Shown: positions 12,054 through 22,234, counted from the stretch's first letter. The stretch: 64,000 bases of DNA from Gammaproteobacteria bacterium (GCA_965277405.1 OZ255726.1:1312001-1376000), one strand, 5' to 3'. Notes: generated from the sequence alone by a model not told the origin. Program-made: numbers and translations.

Positions 12054-12182
12054 TTGCGTCGCCCCGAAATCCCCCCCTGGTCTCGGGGACGGCAACAAGA
12101 TGTGTGCGTTTCTTTCCTCCTCCTTGAGAAACGCACAATCTTCCTCCTTAAGAAAAGCGATCCTAGATCGCTTTTCTTTTTT
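12054..12182 (+). ncRNA. Candidate three-hairpin sRNA with C-rich/CCUCCU loops
   Basis: Stems at 12054-12095, 12103-12137 (perfect 11 bp, loop TTCCTCCTCCTTG) and 12150-12178 (perfect 13 bp, then T run); TTGCGT-N16-TATTAT upstream. Confidence 0.5.
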
Positions 12183-12333
12183 AAAGCCGAAATTACCTCT
12201 CTTACCTTTACTATCTCTCGCCTTTACAACAAGCGAATAGGTCATTGTAGCCTAAAATAACTTTTTGTTGCAACTTATTGACTATACAATGCGTATTTAT
12301 TTCCTATATTTATGTATATAGGGAGCGTCGCAT

Positions 12334-12837
12334 ATGAATAATCACCAAATAGCCGTAGTCATGGGTTCCCATTCTGATTGGAAAACAATGCAGCATTGCT
12401 GTGCAATCCTTGACGATTTCAATCAGCAATATCTCAAACAAGTCGTATCTGCGCACCGCAGCCCTGACTTAATGTTTTCTTTTGTGGAACAGGCTCGCGA
12501 TAATGGCATAAAAATCATCATTGCAGCAGCAGGCGGAGCAGCACACCTGCCTGGAATGCTTGCCGCTAAAACTACTGTCCCTGTTATCGGCGTACCGATT
12601 GCCTCACAAATCCTTAATGGCATTGATTCATTATTATCAATCGTACAGATGCCTGCGGGAGTACCTGTAGCAACAATGGCAATTGGCAAAGCAGGAGCGA
12701 TTAACGCTGCGTTATTTGCATTGGCTATGTTATCTACTCACGACAGCAAGATTGCCACAGCTATTGCAGCATTTCGCAACAACAACCAACAACGGATATT
12801 AGACAACCCAAATCCAAGCCAGCCTCCATGCGTGTAG
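12334..12837 (+). CDS. purE: N5-CAIR mutase
   Basis: VMGSHSD, VSAHRSP, AGGAAHLPGM, DSLLSIVQMPAGVPV. Confidence 0.97.
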   Translation: MNNHQIAVVMGSHSDWKTMQHCCAILDDFNQQYLKQVVSAHRSPDLMFSFVEQARDNGIKIIIAAAGGAAHLPGMLAAKTTVPVIGVPIASQILNGIDSLLSIVQMPAGVPVATMAIGKAGAINAALFALAMLSTHDSKIATAIAAFRNNNQQRILDNPNPSQPPCV

Positions 12838-13919
12838 GCATTCTTGGAGCCGGCCAGCTTGGGAAAATGCTGTCGTGGGCGCTGAAAAAACGTGGAGATA
12901 GCGTTGTTTTTTTCGATAGCGACGCCAATGCCTGCGCTCGCAATGAGGGCGACTTCATCCATGCTGCATTTGATGATTTTGCAGAGCTCGATACACTGAT
13001 TGCAGCGACCGATATCCTGACGTGCGAGTTTGAGAACATCCCATACGCGACGCTTGCCTATGTTGCCCAACGCCAACAGCTGTTGCCAAACCCGCGTTCA
13101 TTCCAAACGACTCAAGACCGCTTATTAGAAAAGAAGCTATTCAATGAATTAGCCATCCCAACACCACAGTTTTATCCTATTAATACGCTCGAATCGTTCG
13201 ACACGATTGGTAATGCGTTGCAACAGCCAATCGTAAAAACCCGCCATGGAGGCTATGACGGCAAGGGTCAATTTAGCATCAATCAGGCCAAGAGCATCTT
13301 TGAGACCACCCCACTCATGGCTGAAGAACGGATAGACTTTGATTTTGAAGTATCGCTGATTGGCTGCCGTACTAACCGCAACGCTACATTTCTACCGCTA
13401 CAAATAAATCATCATACACATGGTATATTACATAGCACTGTGGCGGGCGTGGTTATGGACGCTGCGCTCACGCAACAAGCGCAGCAATATTGGTTGCGTG
13501 TTGCTGAAAACCTTAATTATCAAGGAGTATTGTCGTTGGAATTTTTCGTGCGCAATAATGTATTACTAGCAAATGAATATGCGCCCCGCGTGCATAACTC
13601 GGGTCACTGGTCGCTTGACGGTGCTCAACACAGTCAATTTGATCTCCATGCTGCAGCAATACACAACGATGTCATCCCTCATAACGACTTTCAACCGACT
13701 TTAATGATCAACTGTATCGGTGCTATACCAACGACACCGTTGCCAGAATTTGCAAGGCTATACGATTATAGCAAGTCAGCGCGCCCAGATCGTAAAATGG
13801 GGCATATCAACTGTGTGGCAAATTCAATACCGCAGTTGCACGAATACGCTAAACAATTATCATCCTTGCTTGATGAAGAAATCTCTAACCAGCTGTTCTG
13901 CAGCCTCGCTACGCGTTGA
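12828..13919 (+). CDS. purK: N5-CAIR synthetase
   Basis: GILGAGQLGKM, EFEN, GYDGKGQ, NEYAPRVHNSGHWS, RKMGHIN. Confidence 0.95.
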   Translation: MRVGILGAGQLGKMLSWALKKRGDSVVFFDSDANACARNEGDFIHAAFDDFAELDTLIAATDILTCEFENIPYATLAYVAQRQQLLPNPRSFQTTQDRLLEKKLFNELAIPTPQFYPINTLESFDTIGNALQQPIVKTRHGGYDGKGQFSINQAKSIFETTPLMAEERIDFDFEVSLIGCRTNRNATFLPLQINHHTHGILHSTVAGVVMDAALTQQAQQYWLRVAENLNYQGVLSLEFFVRNNVLLANEYAPRVHNSGHWSLDGAQHSQFDLHAAAIHNDVIPHNDFQPTLMINCIGAIPTTPLPEFARLYDYSKSARPDRKMGHINCVANSIPQLHEYAKQLSSLLDEEISNQLFCSLATR

Positions 13920-13960
13920 GTATTCATTTTGCTTAACCTCGTGTCATCAGCGGTTTGTTG

Positions 13961-14929
13961 TTATCCTTCTTTAATATACGGGCGACCAAGTGCCTTTGGC
14001 GCAATAGCTTTGCCAATAAATCCAGCAAGCAGAATAACAGTAAGGACATACGGGAGCGCTTGAAATGCTTGTGGGGGTAAAATTCCAACCCACGGTAACG
14101 AAATACTATACATCCGTGTTTCCATCGCGCTAAGAAAACCAAACAATAAGCATGTTGCCATGACCTGCAGCGGCCGCCATTTTCCAAAAACAACTGCGGC
14201 AAGGGCAATATAGCCGCTTCCAGCTGTCATTTCTTTCGAAAAGCCAGCGTTGAGTGATATTGAAAATAGTGCACCAGCTATGCCACACAGCACGCCGGTA
14301 ACCATCACCGCATATAACCGCTGGCGGATAACATTAACACCTGCTGAGTCTACAGCGTTTGGTTCTTCGCCTACTGCGCGTAACCGTAGCCCAAACCTGG
14401 TATGTTGCAGCACAAACCAAACAATTGGTACGCTGAGAAAGGCAAGGTAGATAAGTATAGAATGCCCTGAAATCACTGAGCTATAAAACATTTGCAAGGT
14501 TGAATCAGAATTCTCATTTGTAAAGGGTAGTGTGATGGGATGAAAACGTTGCTCGTCGTTTAGATTAGGTGTTTTTGGACCGATGCCAAACCATGCATTC
14601 ACCAAGACCACGGTGATACCACTGGCAATAAAGTTGAGTGAAAGAGCCGAAACCACATGATCGCCACGATAAATAACGGTTGCAATACCATGAAATATTG
14701 CAACAAATACTCCTGCAAAAATGGCGAATAGTAAGCCAATCCAAGGCGAGTTGAATACCAGTGCAGCACTGGCAGCGGCAAAGGCACTGACGAGCATCTT
14801 TCCTTCTAAACCAATATCTACTATGCCGGCACGTTCAGAAAATAACCCCCCCATTGACGCAAGCAATAATGGGGCAGAGAGGCGAATGACTGCCCCAAAA
14901 ATACTCATAATATCTGGCAATAAACCCAT
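13961..14929 (-). CDS. Nucleoside/BMP-type ABC transporter permease
   Basis: SERAGIVDIGLEG, FGLRLRAVGE-P, GYIALAAVVFGKWRP. Confidence 0.9.
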   Translation of the reverse strand: MGLLPDIMSIFGAVIRLSAPLLLASMGGLFSERAGIVDIGLEGKMLVSAFAAASAALVFNSPWIGLLFAIFAGVFVAIFHGIATVIYRGDHVVSALSLNFIASGITVVLVNAWFGIGPKTPNLNDEQRFHPITLPFTNENSDSTLQMFYSSVISGHSILIYLAFLSVPIVWFVLQHTRFGLRLRAVGEEPNAVDSAGVNVIRQRLYAVMVTGVLCGIAGALFSISLNAGFSKEMTAGSGYIALAAVVFGKWRPLQVMATCLLFGFLSAMETRMYSISLPWVGILPPQAFQALPYVLTVILLAGFIGKAIAPKALGRPYIKEG

Positions 14930-16032
14930 TATGCAGCGTGCGGTATTCTGCGGAGGGCATAATTTCTATACCTGATCTCCATTGGTTTTCTGACCATTTG
15001 GTCAAGCGCAGCTACGAAGAATATGACCAGTCCTTGAATGACCAATATCAGATCTGGACTAATCTGTTTAAATTCAAACTGCAAGTCAATTGTCCCTTGA
15101 AATAGCCCACCAAATAATAATGCAGCCACGCATATCCCAAGTGGGTTGCACCGCCCCATTAAGGCCACAGCAATACCAAGAAAACCTAAGCCATTGGTGT
15201 AGTTCAACATCAGCATATTTTTAGATCCATATACTTCATTGATGGCCATTAGACCAGCAAGCCCGCCTGACAATGCCATGGTGATAATGATTATTTTGCG
15301 GGTCTTCAGCCCAGCATATTGCGCTGCTTTAGGGTTTTCGCCAAGTGCTCGCAATGTATAGCCAAAGCGCGAGCGCCACAGTAGCCACCATACAAAAATT
15401 GCACAAAGTATTGCAATGATAAACGAAAAGTTGAGCGGCATTGGAAACGCAGCAATGCCAAATGGAGCGAGCCAATGGTCAACCGTAGGTATGAGTATAT
15501 TTGGTGAAAACAATCTGGTTTCTATTGATAATCCTTTATTGTTAAGCATATAATTTATGAGCAAGTAATTCATTAACGCTGCAGCAATATAATTAAACAT
15601 GATAGTCGTCACTACGATGTGTGCGCCACGGTAGGCCTGCAAAATCCCAGGTATCATTGCCCAAATTGCCCCAAAACCCACCGCAGCAACAATCGCTAAC
15701 GGCACTATGAGCCAGATACTGAGGATGTGGTCAAACGCAAGACAAATAACCGCAACACCCAGACCCGCAAGATATGCTTGACCTTCACCGCCAATATTTA
15801 ACAACCCAGCATGGAAGGCGACGGCTACTGCCAGCCCTGTGAACGTTAAACTCGTTGCGTAATATAATGTGGCTGGCAGCCCGAAATCAGGGTCAAACAC
15901 CCCGGTTATCATGACTGCCATGGTATCAAGAGGATTTTCCCCCACTAATAGTACAACGCACGAAGCAGCAGAAAACGCCAGCAACAACTGGACAGCTGGA
16001 ATGCATACAGCGGTATACCAACGAGGTATCAT
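14929..16032 (-). CDS. Nucleoside/BMP-type ABC transporter permease
   Basis: GLLNIGGEGQ, VVTTIMFNYIA, GFLGIAVALMGR; start likely ATG 16032, overlapping the ATPase stop. Confidence 0.9.
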   Translation of the reverse strand: MIPRWYTAVCIPAVQLLLAFSAASCVVLLVGENPLDTMAVMITGVFDPDFGLPATLYYATSLTFTGLAVAVAFHAGLLNIGGEGQAYLAGLGVAVICLAFDHILSIWLIVPLAIVAAVGFGAIWAMIPGILQAYRGAHIVVTTIMFNYIAAALMNYLLINYMLNNKGLSIETRLFSPNILIPTVDHWLAPFGIAAFPMPLNFSFIIAILCAIFVWWLLWRSRFGYTLRALGENPKAAQYAGLKTRKIIIITMALSGGLAGLMAINEVYGSKNMLMLNYTNGLGFLGIAVALMGRCNPLGICVAALLFGGLFQGTIDLQFEFKQISPDLILVIQGLVIFFVAALDQMVRKPMEIRYRNYALRRIPHAA

Positions 16033-17612
16033 CCGTGTGTTGCCGATTGAGTCATTAACAATCCTACTGCAGGAATATCTGTTGCGCATGTTGGTGAGGT
16101 GCCCGTTATCCGCCCTTCGTTCATGACAACGATAGTATCTGCGAGGTCAAAAATTTCTTCCAGTTCTACAGATATAACGAGGATGGCGGCGCCTTCATCT
16201 CGCGCAGCACGCAACGCTTGGTAGATTTGCTCGATTGCCCCGACATCCACACCGCGGGTGGGCTGGCCAATCAATAATATTTGCGGATTACGAAACATTT
16301 CGCGTGCGAGAATGAGTTTTTGTTGGTTACCGCCAGACATATTTGCAGTCTTTAAGGAGTTGTTTTTTGGTCGAATGTCAAATGAATGGATAAGTTCATT
16401 GGCATGCTTGTTGACAGCCATTGGGCTAAGCTGCATTCCTTTACCAAATAATTGGTCTTCGTGGTAGCCAAGAATAGCAGACTCTGCCATTGAGAAATTC
16501 TTGATAATGCCTTGTGCCAGCCTATCTTCTGGAACGTGTGCGCAGCTGTTATCACGAAGTTTATCGGCAGCAATCCAATGTTCTGTTGTATAGGTGTTGT
16601 GGACACCGTCTATAATTGTTTCCATGGTGCCGCTGCTGGGTGTGCAGAGCCCGACCATTGCTGCAAGTAGCTCGCTTTGCCCATTGCCTACTACACCAGC
16701 GATACCAACAATTTCACCAGCACGAACGGCAAGATTGATGTTGTGAAAGCGAGCTATACCACGGGCATCTGTGTAACATAGGTTGGTCAGCTTGAGTAGC
16801 GGTTTGCCGCTAATATTGCGCTTTTGCTGGATGTGCTGGATGTGCTGGATACTCAAAAGGCGGTCAACCATCAATTGGGCAAGTTCTTTGCGGTTTGTTT
16901 GCGCAGTGACTTTGTGGGCAACCACTTTACCTGCACGCATGACAGTAACGTTATCAGTGATCTCAATGATTTCTTGCAGTTTGTGGGTGATGAGTATTAC
17001 CGTCATTCCCTGCAGTTTGAGTTGGCGTAATATGTTGAATAATGCGCTGGCCTCCTGCGGGGTGAGTACCCCTGTTGGCTCATCTAATATAAGTATTTGA
17101 GCTTGGCGATATAGTGCTTTGAGTATTTCCAAGCGTTGTTGTTCGCCAATGTTCATTTCAGCAACGATGCAGTCTAAGTCGACCCACAACTGATACCGAC
17201 TCATGATTTCCTCGATCACGGGACGAACACGGTTTCTGGCGCGGACCAACAACCACGTTCGTTCATAGCCTAGAATGATGTTATCAAGTGCTGTTAATGT
17301 TGCTACCAACATGAAATGTTGGTGCACCATCCCAATACCCGCGCGAATAGCTTGAAACGAGTTTTCTATGGAAACTGGCACTCCGTGCAGCTTAATTGTA
17401 CCGCTATCTGCTGGATAAAAACCATACAGAATCGACATTAGTGTCGACTTACCCGCACCGTTCTCGCCAACTATACCATGAATACTTGCTGGCACGATTT
17501 GCAAACTGACGGCATTATTGGCGATGACGACACCAAATGTTTTGGTAATGGCTGCCAGTTCAACAGCGAATGGTGCTAGCTGTGTATCTGTAGGACTTGC
17601 AACCAGTGGCAT
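16029..17612 (-). CDS. ABC transporter ATP-binding protein (two ABC domains)
   Basis: GENGAGKSTL, GIGMVHQHF, LDEPT, SGGNQQK, QPTRGVDVG. Confidence 0.93.
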   Translation of the reverse strand: MPLVASPTDTQLAPFAVELAAITKTFGVVIANNAVSLQIVPASIHGIVGENGAGKSTLMSILYGFYPADSGTIKLHGVPVSIENSFQAIRAGIGMVHQHFMLVATLTALDNIILGYERTWLLVRARNRVRPVIEEIMSRYQLWVDLDCIVAEMNIGEQQRLEILKALYRQAQILILDEPTGVLTPQEASALFNILRQLKLQGMTVILITHKLQEIIEITDNVTVMRAGKVVAHKVTAQTNRKELAQLMVDRLLSIQHIQHIQQKRNISGKPLLKLTNLCYTDARGIARFHNINLAVRAGEIVGIAGVVGNGQSELLAAMVGLCTPSSGTMETIIDGVHNTYTTEHWIAADKLRDNSCAHVPEDRLAQGIIKNFSMAESAILGYHEDQLFGKGMQLSPMAVNKHANELIHSFDIRPKNNSLKTANMSGGNQQKLILAREMFRNPQILLIGQPTRGVDVGAIEQIYQALRAARDEGAAILVISVELEEIFDLADTIVVMNEGRITGTSPTCATDIPAVGLLMTQSATHG

Positions 17613-17630
17613 ATTGTATGGGTGTTGGTG

Positions 17631-18614
17631 TTATGAGCAGGTATTATGGTCCATGTAGTTGGTGACTTTTATTTTTCCTGCCATGATTTGTTTTTTTATG
17701 GATTTAATTTTATCCTGCATCGCTGGCGTTATTAAGTCTTGGTTATATGAGTCAAGCGCCCAATCGACTCCACCCTCAAGTAGACCAAGGTCAGAAACGT
17801 AGCTGCTGACTTCGTTGTCAGTTGTATCGTATTCAAATGATTGGCGAACTGCAACATCTACACGTTTTACCATTGAGGTTAGCATGGTACCAGGGTGTAA
17901 GCTGTTTTGATTGCTGTCCACGCCGATCGCATATATGCCTGTATCTTTCGCAGCTTGATAGACACCGTAACTTGTTGCGCCTGCGGCAGCAAAGATAACG
18001 TCCACACCACGGTCAACTTGAGCTCGAGTCAGCTCCGCTCCTTTGGTTGGGTTATTCCATGCAGTTGGAGTTGTGCCTGTCATGTTTTCTATAATTTCTA
18101 CATTAGGATCTGCATATTTTGCACCTTGATTATACCCGCATGCAAAACGGCGGATGAGTGGAACATCCATCCCGCCAACAAAGCCAATTTTGTGCGAGCG
18201 AGATTTGAGCGCGGCTAATGCTCCAACAAGAAATGAACCTTCGTGATCGCGGAAGACAACCGACTGGACATTTGGTTGACCATTTACCACCATATCAATA
18301 ATGTAAAATTGTATTTTTGGGAATAGAGGAGCAACTTTAATTATTGCTGACGCACCAATAAACCCAATGCTAACAATTGGATTATTACCACGTTTGGCTA
18401 AACGGATGAGAATTTGCTCACGGGCACCTTCTGAGGTTACACTGATTTCCGTGTAATCTTGATTATGAGCTTGTTTCCACGCCTCAGCTCCTTGGTATGC
18501 TAAAAAGTTAAACCCGCCATCGTTCTTCCCTTCTTTGGGAAATACGAGTGCAGGCTGAGACCACGCGAGTGTTGGAAAAAGCAGAACAAAAAGAAATGAA
18601 ATAAGTATGCGCAT
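17631..18614 (-). CDS. BMP family substrate-binding protein (nucleoside)
   Basis: DGGFN, EGSFLVG, GFVGGMDVPLI, IGVDSNQ, LTSMVKRVD. Confidence 0.9.
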   Translation of the reverse strand: MRILISFLFVLLFPTLAWSQPALVFPKEGKNDGGFNFLAYQGAEAWKQAHNQDYTEISVTSEGAREQILIRLAKRGNNPIVSIGFIGASAIIKVAPLFPKIQFYIIDMVVNGQPNVQSVVFRDHEGSFLVGALAALKSRSHKIGFVGGMDVPLIRRFACGYNQGAKYADPNVEIIENMTGTTPTAWNNPTKGAELTRAQVDRGVDVIFAAAGATSYGVYQAAKDTGIYAIGVDSNQNSLHPGTMLTSMVKRVDVAVRQSFEYDTTDNEVSSYVSDLGLLEGGVDWALDSYNQDLITPAMQDKIKSIKKQIMAGKIKVTNYMDHNTCS

Positions 18615-18649
18615 GTTGTACCCCTAGAATAAAAAAAGGCTGATGATAG

Positions 18650-18665
18650 CTGATTTGCAAATCAG
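18650..18665. promoter_or_regulatory. Perfect 16-bp palindrome, candidate operator
   Basis: CTGATTTG-CAAATCAG about 35 bp upstream of the BMP gene start. Confidence 0.35.
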
Positions 18666-18811
18666 ATGCTTTACTTTATTTCGAGTATTACTCCATCCAG
18701 CCTATGTCAGATAAATTTTTATAAATGAATGAATGAATTTTTGCCTAAGAAAGAGACAGCCTAAGTAGAATAGAGTAGGATTTATTTTTTTATTTCATTA
18801 TATTTTTAGCT

Positions 18812-19009
18812 ATGGCCGTCCAGAAAAACAGAAAAAGTAGATCAAAGCGAGGAATGAGGCGCTCACACCTACATATTAAAACACCAACACTCACTGAAAA
18901 TAAAGTCACTGGTGAAGTGCATGTGCGTCACCAAATGGATAGCCAAGGTGAATATCGTGGTAGGACAGTTGTTGTACCAAAAACTGTAGCAGCAGACAAC
19001 GAAGAATAA
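18812..19009 (+). CDS. rpmF: 50S ribosomal protein L32
   Basis: MAVQKNRKSRSKRGMRRSH; GEVHVRH...GEYRGR. Confidence 0.96.
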   Translation: MAVQKNRKSRSKRGMRRSHLHIKTPTLTENKVTGEVHVRHQMDSQGEYRGRTVVVPKTVAADNEE

Positions 19010-19024
19010 CAGCTAGAGGTATAC

Positions 19025-19984
19025 ATGCCACATTCAAATGTTGCGTTCGTGTTCCCAGGTCAAGGTTCCCAGTATGTTGGCATGTGCGCTGATTTTTATG
19101 CGCAATTTCCAATCTTTCAAGCTACTTTTGCTGAGGCAAACGATACACTAGGTTTTGATCTTTGGGATATTATTCACAGTGGTCCAGAAGATAGACTTGC
19201 ATTAACCGAGTTCACTCAACCAGCAATTTTTACTTGCTCAATAGGACTGTGGCGGCTGTGGTTAGCAGATACTAAACAGCAGCCGAGTTTAATCGCAGGG
19301 CATAGTCTTGGTGAGTATTCAGCACTGGTTGCAGCAGGTGCGATGACTTTTGCCAGTGCGGTAGCACTTGTCCACGAGCGTGGTCGGTTGATGCAGCAAG
19401 CAATGGTGAATACACAAGGTGCAATGAGTGCAATTGTTGGCTTGGAAAGTGAACAAGTGATCGATATTTGCGCCCAGCTGAGCAATGAAAACACACCGCA
19501 ACATGTTGCTGTAGCCAATTTTAACTCATCTAGTCAAGTTGTTATTGCTGGGCATGCGTTATTGGTTGAGGTGGCAGAACAACATTGTAAGAAAGCTGGA
19601 GCAAAGTTAGTACGACGCTTGAATGTAAGTGTTCCTTCACATTGTGAATTAATGCGACCTGTAAGCGCAGTATTGAGTGAGAAAATAGAAAAAATTGTAA
19701 TCCAAAAACCAGCAGTTGCAATCGTGCAGAATGTCGATGCAAAGCCACATGTTGACCCAGAGATGATTCAACAAAATATTTTAACACAACTGTATCAACC
19801 GGTGTTATGGATGCAAACTATTGAGGAAATGCGTCAACTAGGCATCATGCAATTTGTTGAATGTGGGCCAAGCAAAGTGCTGCAAGGGTTGATAAAGCGT
19901 GTTTTTAAAGGAAGCGTCTTACATTCTTTTGATTGTGTTGAAGCATATATAGCTACCAAAGATTCATTCCTCATAGGTGAATAA
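19025..19984 (+). CDS. fabD: Malonyl-CoA:ACP transacylase
   Basis: FPGQGSQ, TQPAI, GHSLGEYSAL, VSVPSH. Confidence 0.97.
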   Translation: MPHSNVAFVFPGQGSQYVGMCADFYAQFPIFQATFAEANDTLGFDLWDIIHSGPEDRLALTEFTQPAIFTCSIGLWRLWLADTKQQPSLIAGHSLGEYSALVAAGAMTFASAVALVHERGRLMQQAMVNTQGAMSAIVGLESEQVIDICAQLSNENTPQHVAVANFNSSSQVVIAGHALLVEVAEQHCKKAGAKLVRRLNVSVPSHCELMRPVSAVLSEKIEKIVIQKPAVAIVQNVDAKPHVDPEMIQQNILTQLYQPVLWMQTIEEMRQLGIMQFVECGPSKVLQGLIKRVFKGSVLHSFDCVEAYIATKDSFLIGE

Positions 19985-19986
19985 AT

Positions 19987-20715
19987 ATGGCGGTAAAGGT
20001 AGCAATTGTCACAGGTGCAAGCAGGGGAATCGGTCAAGCTATTGCAAAAAAACTTAGTCAATCTGGATGGTTCGTGGTTGGTACTGCAACTTCTCAGCAT
20101 GGGGTTGATGCGATTGTTGCTGCGCTGTCAGATAACGGCATAGCGTTTGTCTTAGATGTTGGCAGTAGTGCGAGTGTTGATGCTTTTTTTGACCAACTCA
20201 AATACCATGACTTGCAAGCAACAGCGTTGATCAATAATGCAGGAATTACTGATGATGCGCTGTTGCTACGCATGAGCGAAGATCAGTTTTCTAATGTTAT
20301 CAATACCAACCTCACTTCGGTATACCGCATGACATCACGAGTGATTCGCAACATGGTTAAGGCACGAGCTGGAAAAATAGTCACAATTAGCTCGGTTGTG
20401 GCTGCTCTGGGTAATGCAGGTCAAGTCAATTACTGTGCCGCAAAAGGTGCGATTGAAAGCCTAACAAAAGCACTTGCTCGCGAAGTTGCTAGCCGTGGCA
20501 TAACCGTCAATGCAATTGCTCCTGGCTTCATAGCAACCGATATGACTAACACGCTCGGTGATGATGCTCGCGCGTCCTTGCGACAACAGATTCCGCTTGG
20601 AAAACTTGGTTCGCCACAGGATATTGCTGAGGCAGTCGCGTTTATAGTATCTGATGCTGCAGGCTATATAACCGGGCAGACGATTCATGTTAACGGCGGC
20701 ATGTATATGCAGTAA
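19987..20715 (+). CDS. fabG: 3-oxoacyl-ACP reductase
   Basis: TGASRGIG, NNAGIT, YCAAK, PGFIATDMT, VNGGMYM. Confidence 0.96.
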   Translation: MAVKVAIVTGASRGIGQAIAKKLSQSGWFVVGTATSQHGVDAIVAALSDNGIAFVLDVGSSASVDAFFDQLKYHDLQATALINNAGITDDALLLRMSEDQFSNVINTNLTSVYRMTSRVIRNMVKARAGKIVTISSVVAALGNAGQVNYCAAKGAIESLTKALAREVASRGITVNAIAPGFIATDMTNTLGDDARASLRQQIPLGKLGSPQDIAEAVAFIVSDAAGYITGQTIHVNGGMYMQ

Positions 20716-20792
20716 CTCCTACGCAATAGATATGGTTTTTACTTACAGGGATATGCATAAGAATACAATGGATTTCGAGGTTTTATTTAGCT

Positions 20793-21149
20793 ATGAGTGA
20801 GCGTATTTTTGCTGATTTAGAACAAAAAGTTGAACGATTGTTTATCCGTTATAACCAGCTGCGCGATACCAACGAGCAATTGCAGCAAACGATTCAGCAA
20901 CTTGAACGCGAAAATGCTGAACTATTGCAACAACAAGTTAATATTGAGGATCGTGCAAATCGGCTGATAGATCGTGTCGACTTGAATACGAAATCTATTG
21001 ATTCATCAAGAAAACCACAATGGGATGACCAGAAACAAGAAGACAACTTTGCTGAGTATCAACAAGACAATGAGGGGAGATTTCCATCAAATAATGGGTT
21101 TCAGCGCGGCGAAACACCTCATAGTGAAACACCTCATAGACGTCCGTGA
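20793..21149 (+). CDS. ZapB/TIGR02449-like coiled-coil protein with a polar C-terminal tail
   Basis: LEQKVERL...L...N coiled coil directly upstream of the zapA-like gene. Confidence 0.6.
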   Translation: MSERIFADLEQKVERLFIRYNQLRDTNEQLQQTIQQLERENAELLQQQVNIEDRANRLIDRVDLNTKSIDSSRKPQWDDQKQEDNFAEYQQDNEGRFPSNNGFQRGETPHSETPHRRP

Positions 21150-21179
21150 GATAACGAGGCGGGTTGCTTGTTTAACAAC

Positions 21180-21461
21180 ATGAAAGTGCAAATAGAATTA
21201 CTCAAGCAAACGTATGCGATTGACTGTAATGAACAATCGGTTGATATGCTGTATAAATCAGCGGAAGAGCTCAACCGGTTTTTGGCAAATGTTGTAAAAA
21301 ATACACCACCGCAGATAAGCGATATCAACGTTGCGATGTTGGCAGCATTGAATATAGCCTCTATCAACATTGAAAAGCAAAGCAGAATTGAAATACTAGA
21401 GCGTCAACTAACTAAGTTTAGTCGTACGGTAGGCTTAATATTGAATGAGAACGACGATTAA
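21180..21461 (+). CDS. zapA: Cell division protein ZapA (putative)
   Basis: V-IELL-QTYAIDC, L-KSA--L, AMLAALNIA. Confidence 0.75.
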   Translation: MKVQIELLKQTYAIDCNEQSVDMLYKSAEELNRFLANVVKNTPPQISDINVAMLAALNIASINIEKQSRIEILERQLTKFSRTVGLILNENDD

Positions 21462-21484
21462 TTTGAATCAAACACTAGATAATT

Positions 21485-22234
21485 ATGCATTCTATCACTC
21501 GCAAAAGCGTCTTTCTATTACCAAATTTGATAACTACAGCAGCATTGTTTTGTGGCTGCTTAGGTTTAATAAATGCCTTTAGCGGCACAATGCAAACTGC
21601 TGTGTTGTGGATTACCGCGGCAGCAATTCTCGATGGACTAGACGGTCGCGTTGCCCGCATTACCAAATCACAATCAAACTTTGGCGCCGAATATGACTCG
21701 CTTTCAGATGTTGTAGCCTTTGGTGTGGCGCCGGGAATGTGCGCGTTTAGTTGGGGTCTTAACTATCTGGATAGACTCGGCTGGGCGTTAGCATTTATAT
21801 ATATTGCGAGCACTGCGATGCGGTTGGCGCGCTTTACCTCTAACATTAAGGCGAATAACCCAAATTACTTTCAGGGACTTCCTTCTCCTGGTGCAGCGCT
21901 TGCGCTTATTTCTATGATTTGGATTTTTGCAGAATATGACATAGCACCAGATGCAACGACGAGTTTAATTATTCTTGGTGCAGTTACAGCAGGTCTCGGC
22001 GTGTTGATGATGAGCTTTATTCCATTTTATAGTTTTAAGGGCATTAAGTTAAACACGTCGATTTCTGTGATACAAAAGATTGGATTGGTCGTCGTGTTTG
22101 GGTTAATTATTTGGAAGCCGTTCGAATCGATAGCAGGGTTTTTTGTAGTGTATATCAGCCATGCAGTGGCAATGTTTGTATGGCGTTGGCGTTGGCAAGA
22201 CTCAATGTTTAATGCCGACAAGCGCAGCCGCTAA
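21485..22234 (+). CDS. pssA: CDP-diacylglycerol-serine O-phosphatidyltransferase
   Basis: LLPNLIT, DGLDGRVAR, FGAEYDSLSDVVAFGVAP, RLARF, FQGLPSP. Confidence 0.93.
   Translation: MHSITRKSVFLLPNLITTAALFCGCLGLINAFSGTMQTAVLWITAAAILDGLDGRVARITKSQSNFGAEYDSLSDVVAFGVAPGMCAFSWGLNYLDRLGWALAFIYIASTAMRLARFTSNIKANNPNYFQGLPSPGAALALISMIWIFAEYDIAPDATTSLIILGAVTAGLGVLMMSFIPFYSFKGIKLNTSISVIQKIGLVVVFGLIIWKPFESIAGFFVVYISHAVAMFVWRWRWQDSMFNADKRSR

Noticed and set aside
12054-12182. tRNA divergent from uvrB, as found in some Gammaproteobacteria
   Set aside because: No cloverleaf, TTC T-loop motif or CCA end.
11958-12245. 96-aa N-terminal extension of UvrB in the ORF track
   Set aside because: UvrB homology begins at Met 11957; the extension crosses the hairpin array and AT-rich promoter DNA, so the open frame is probably incidental.
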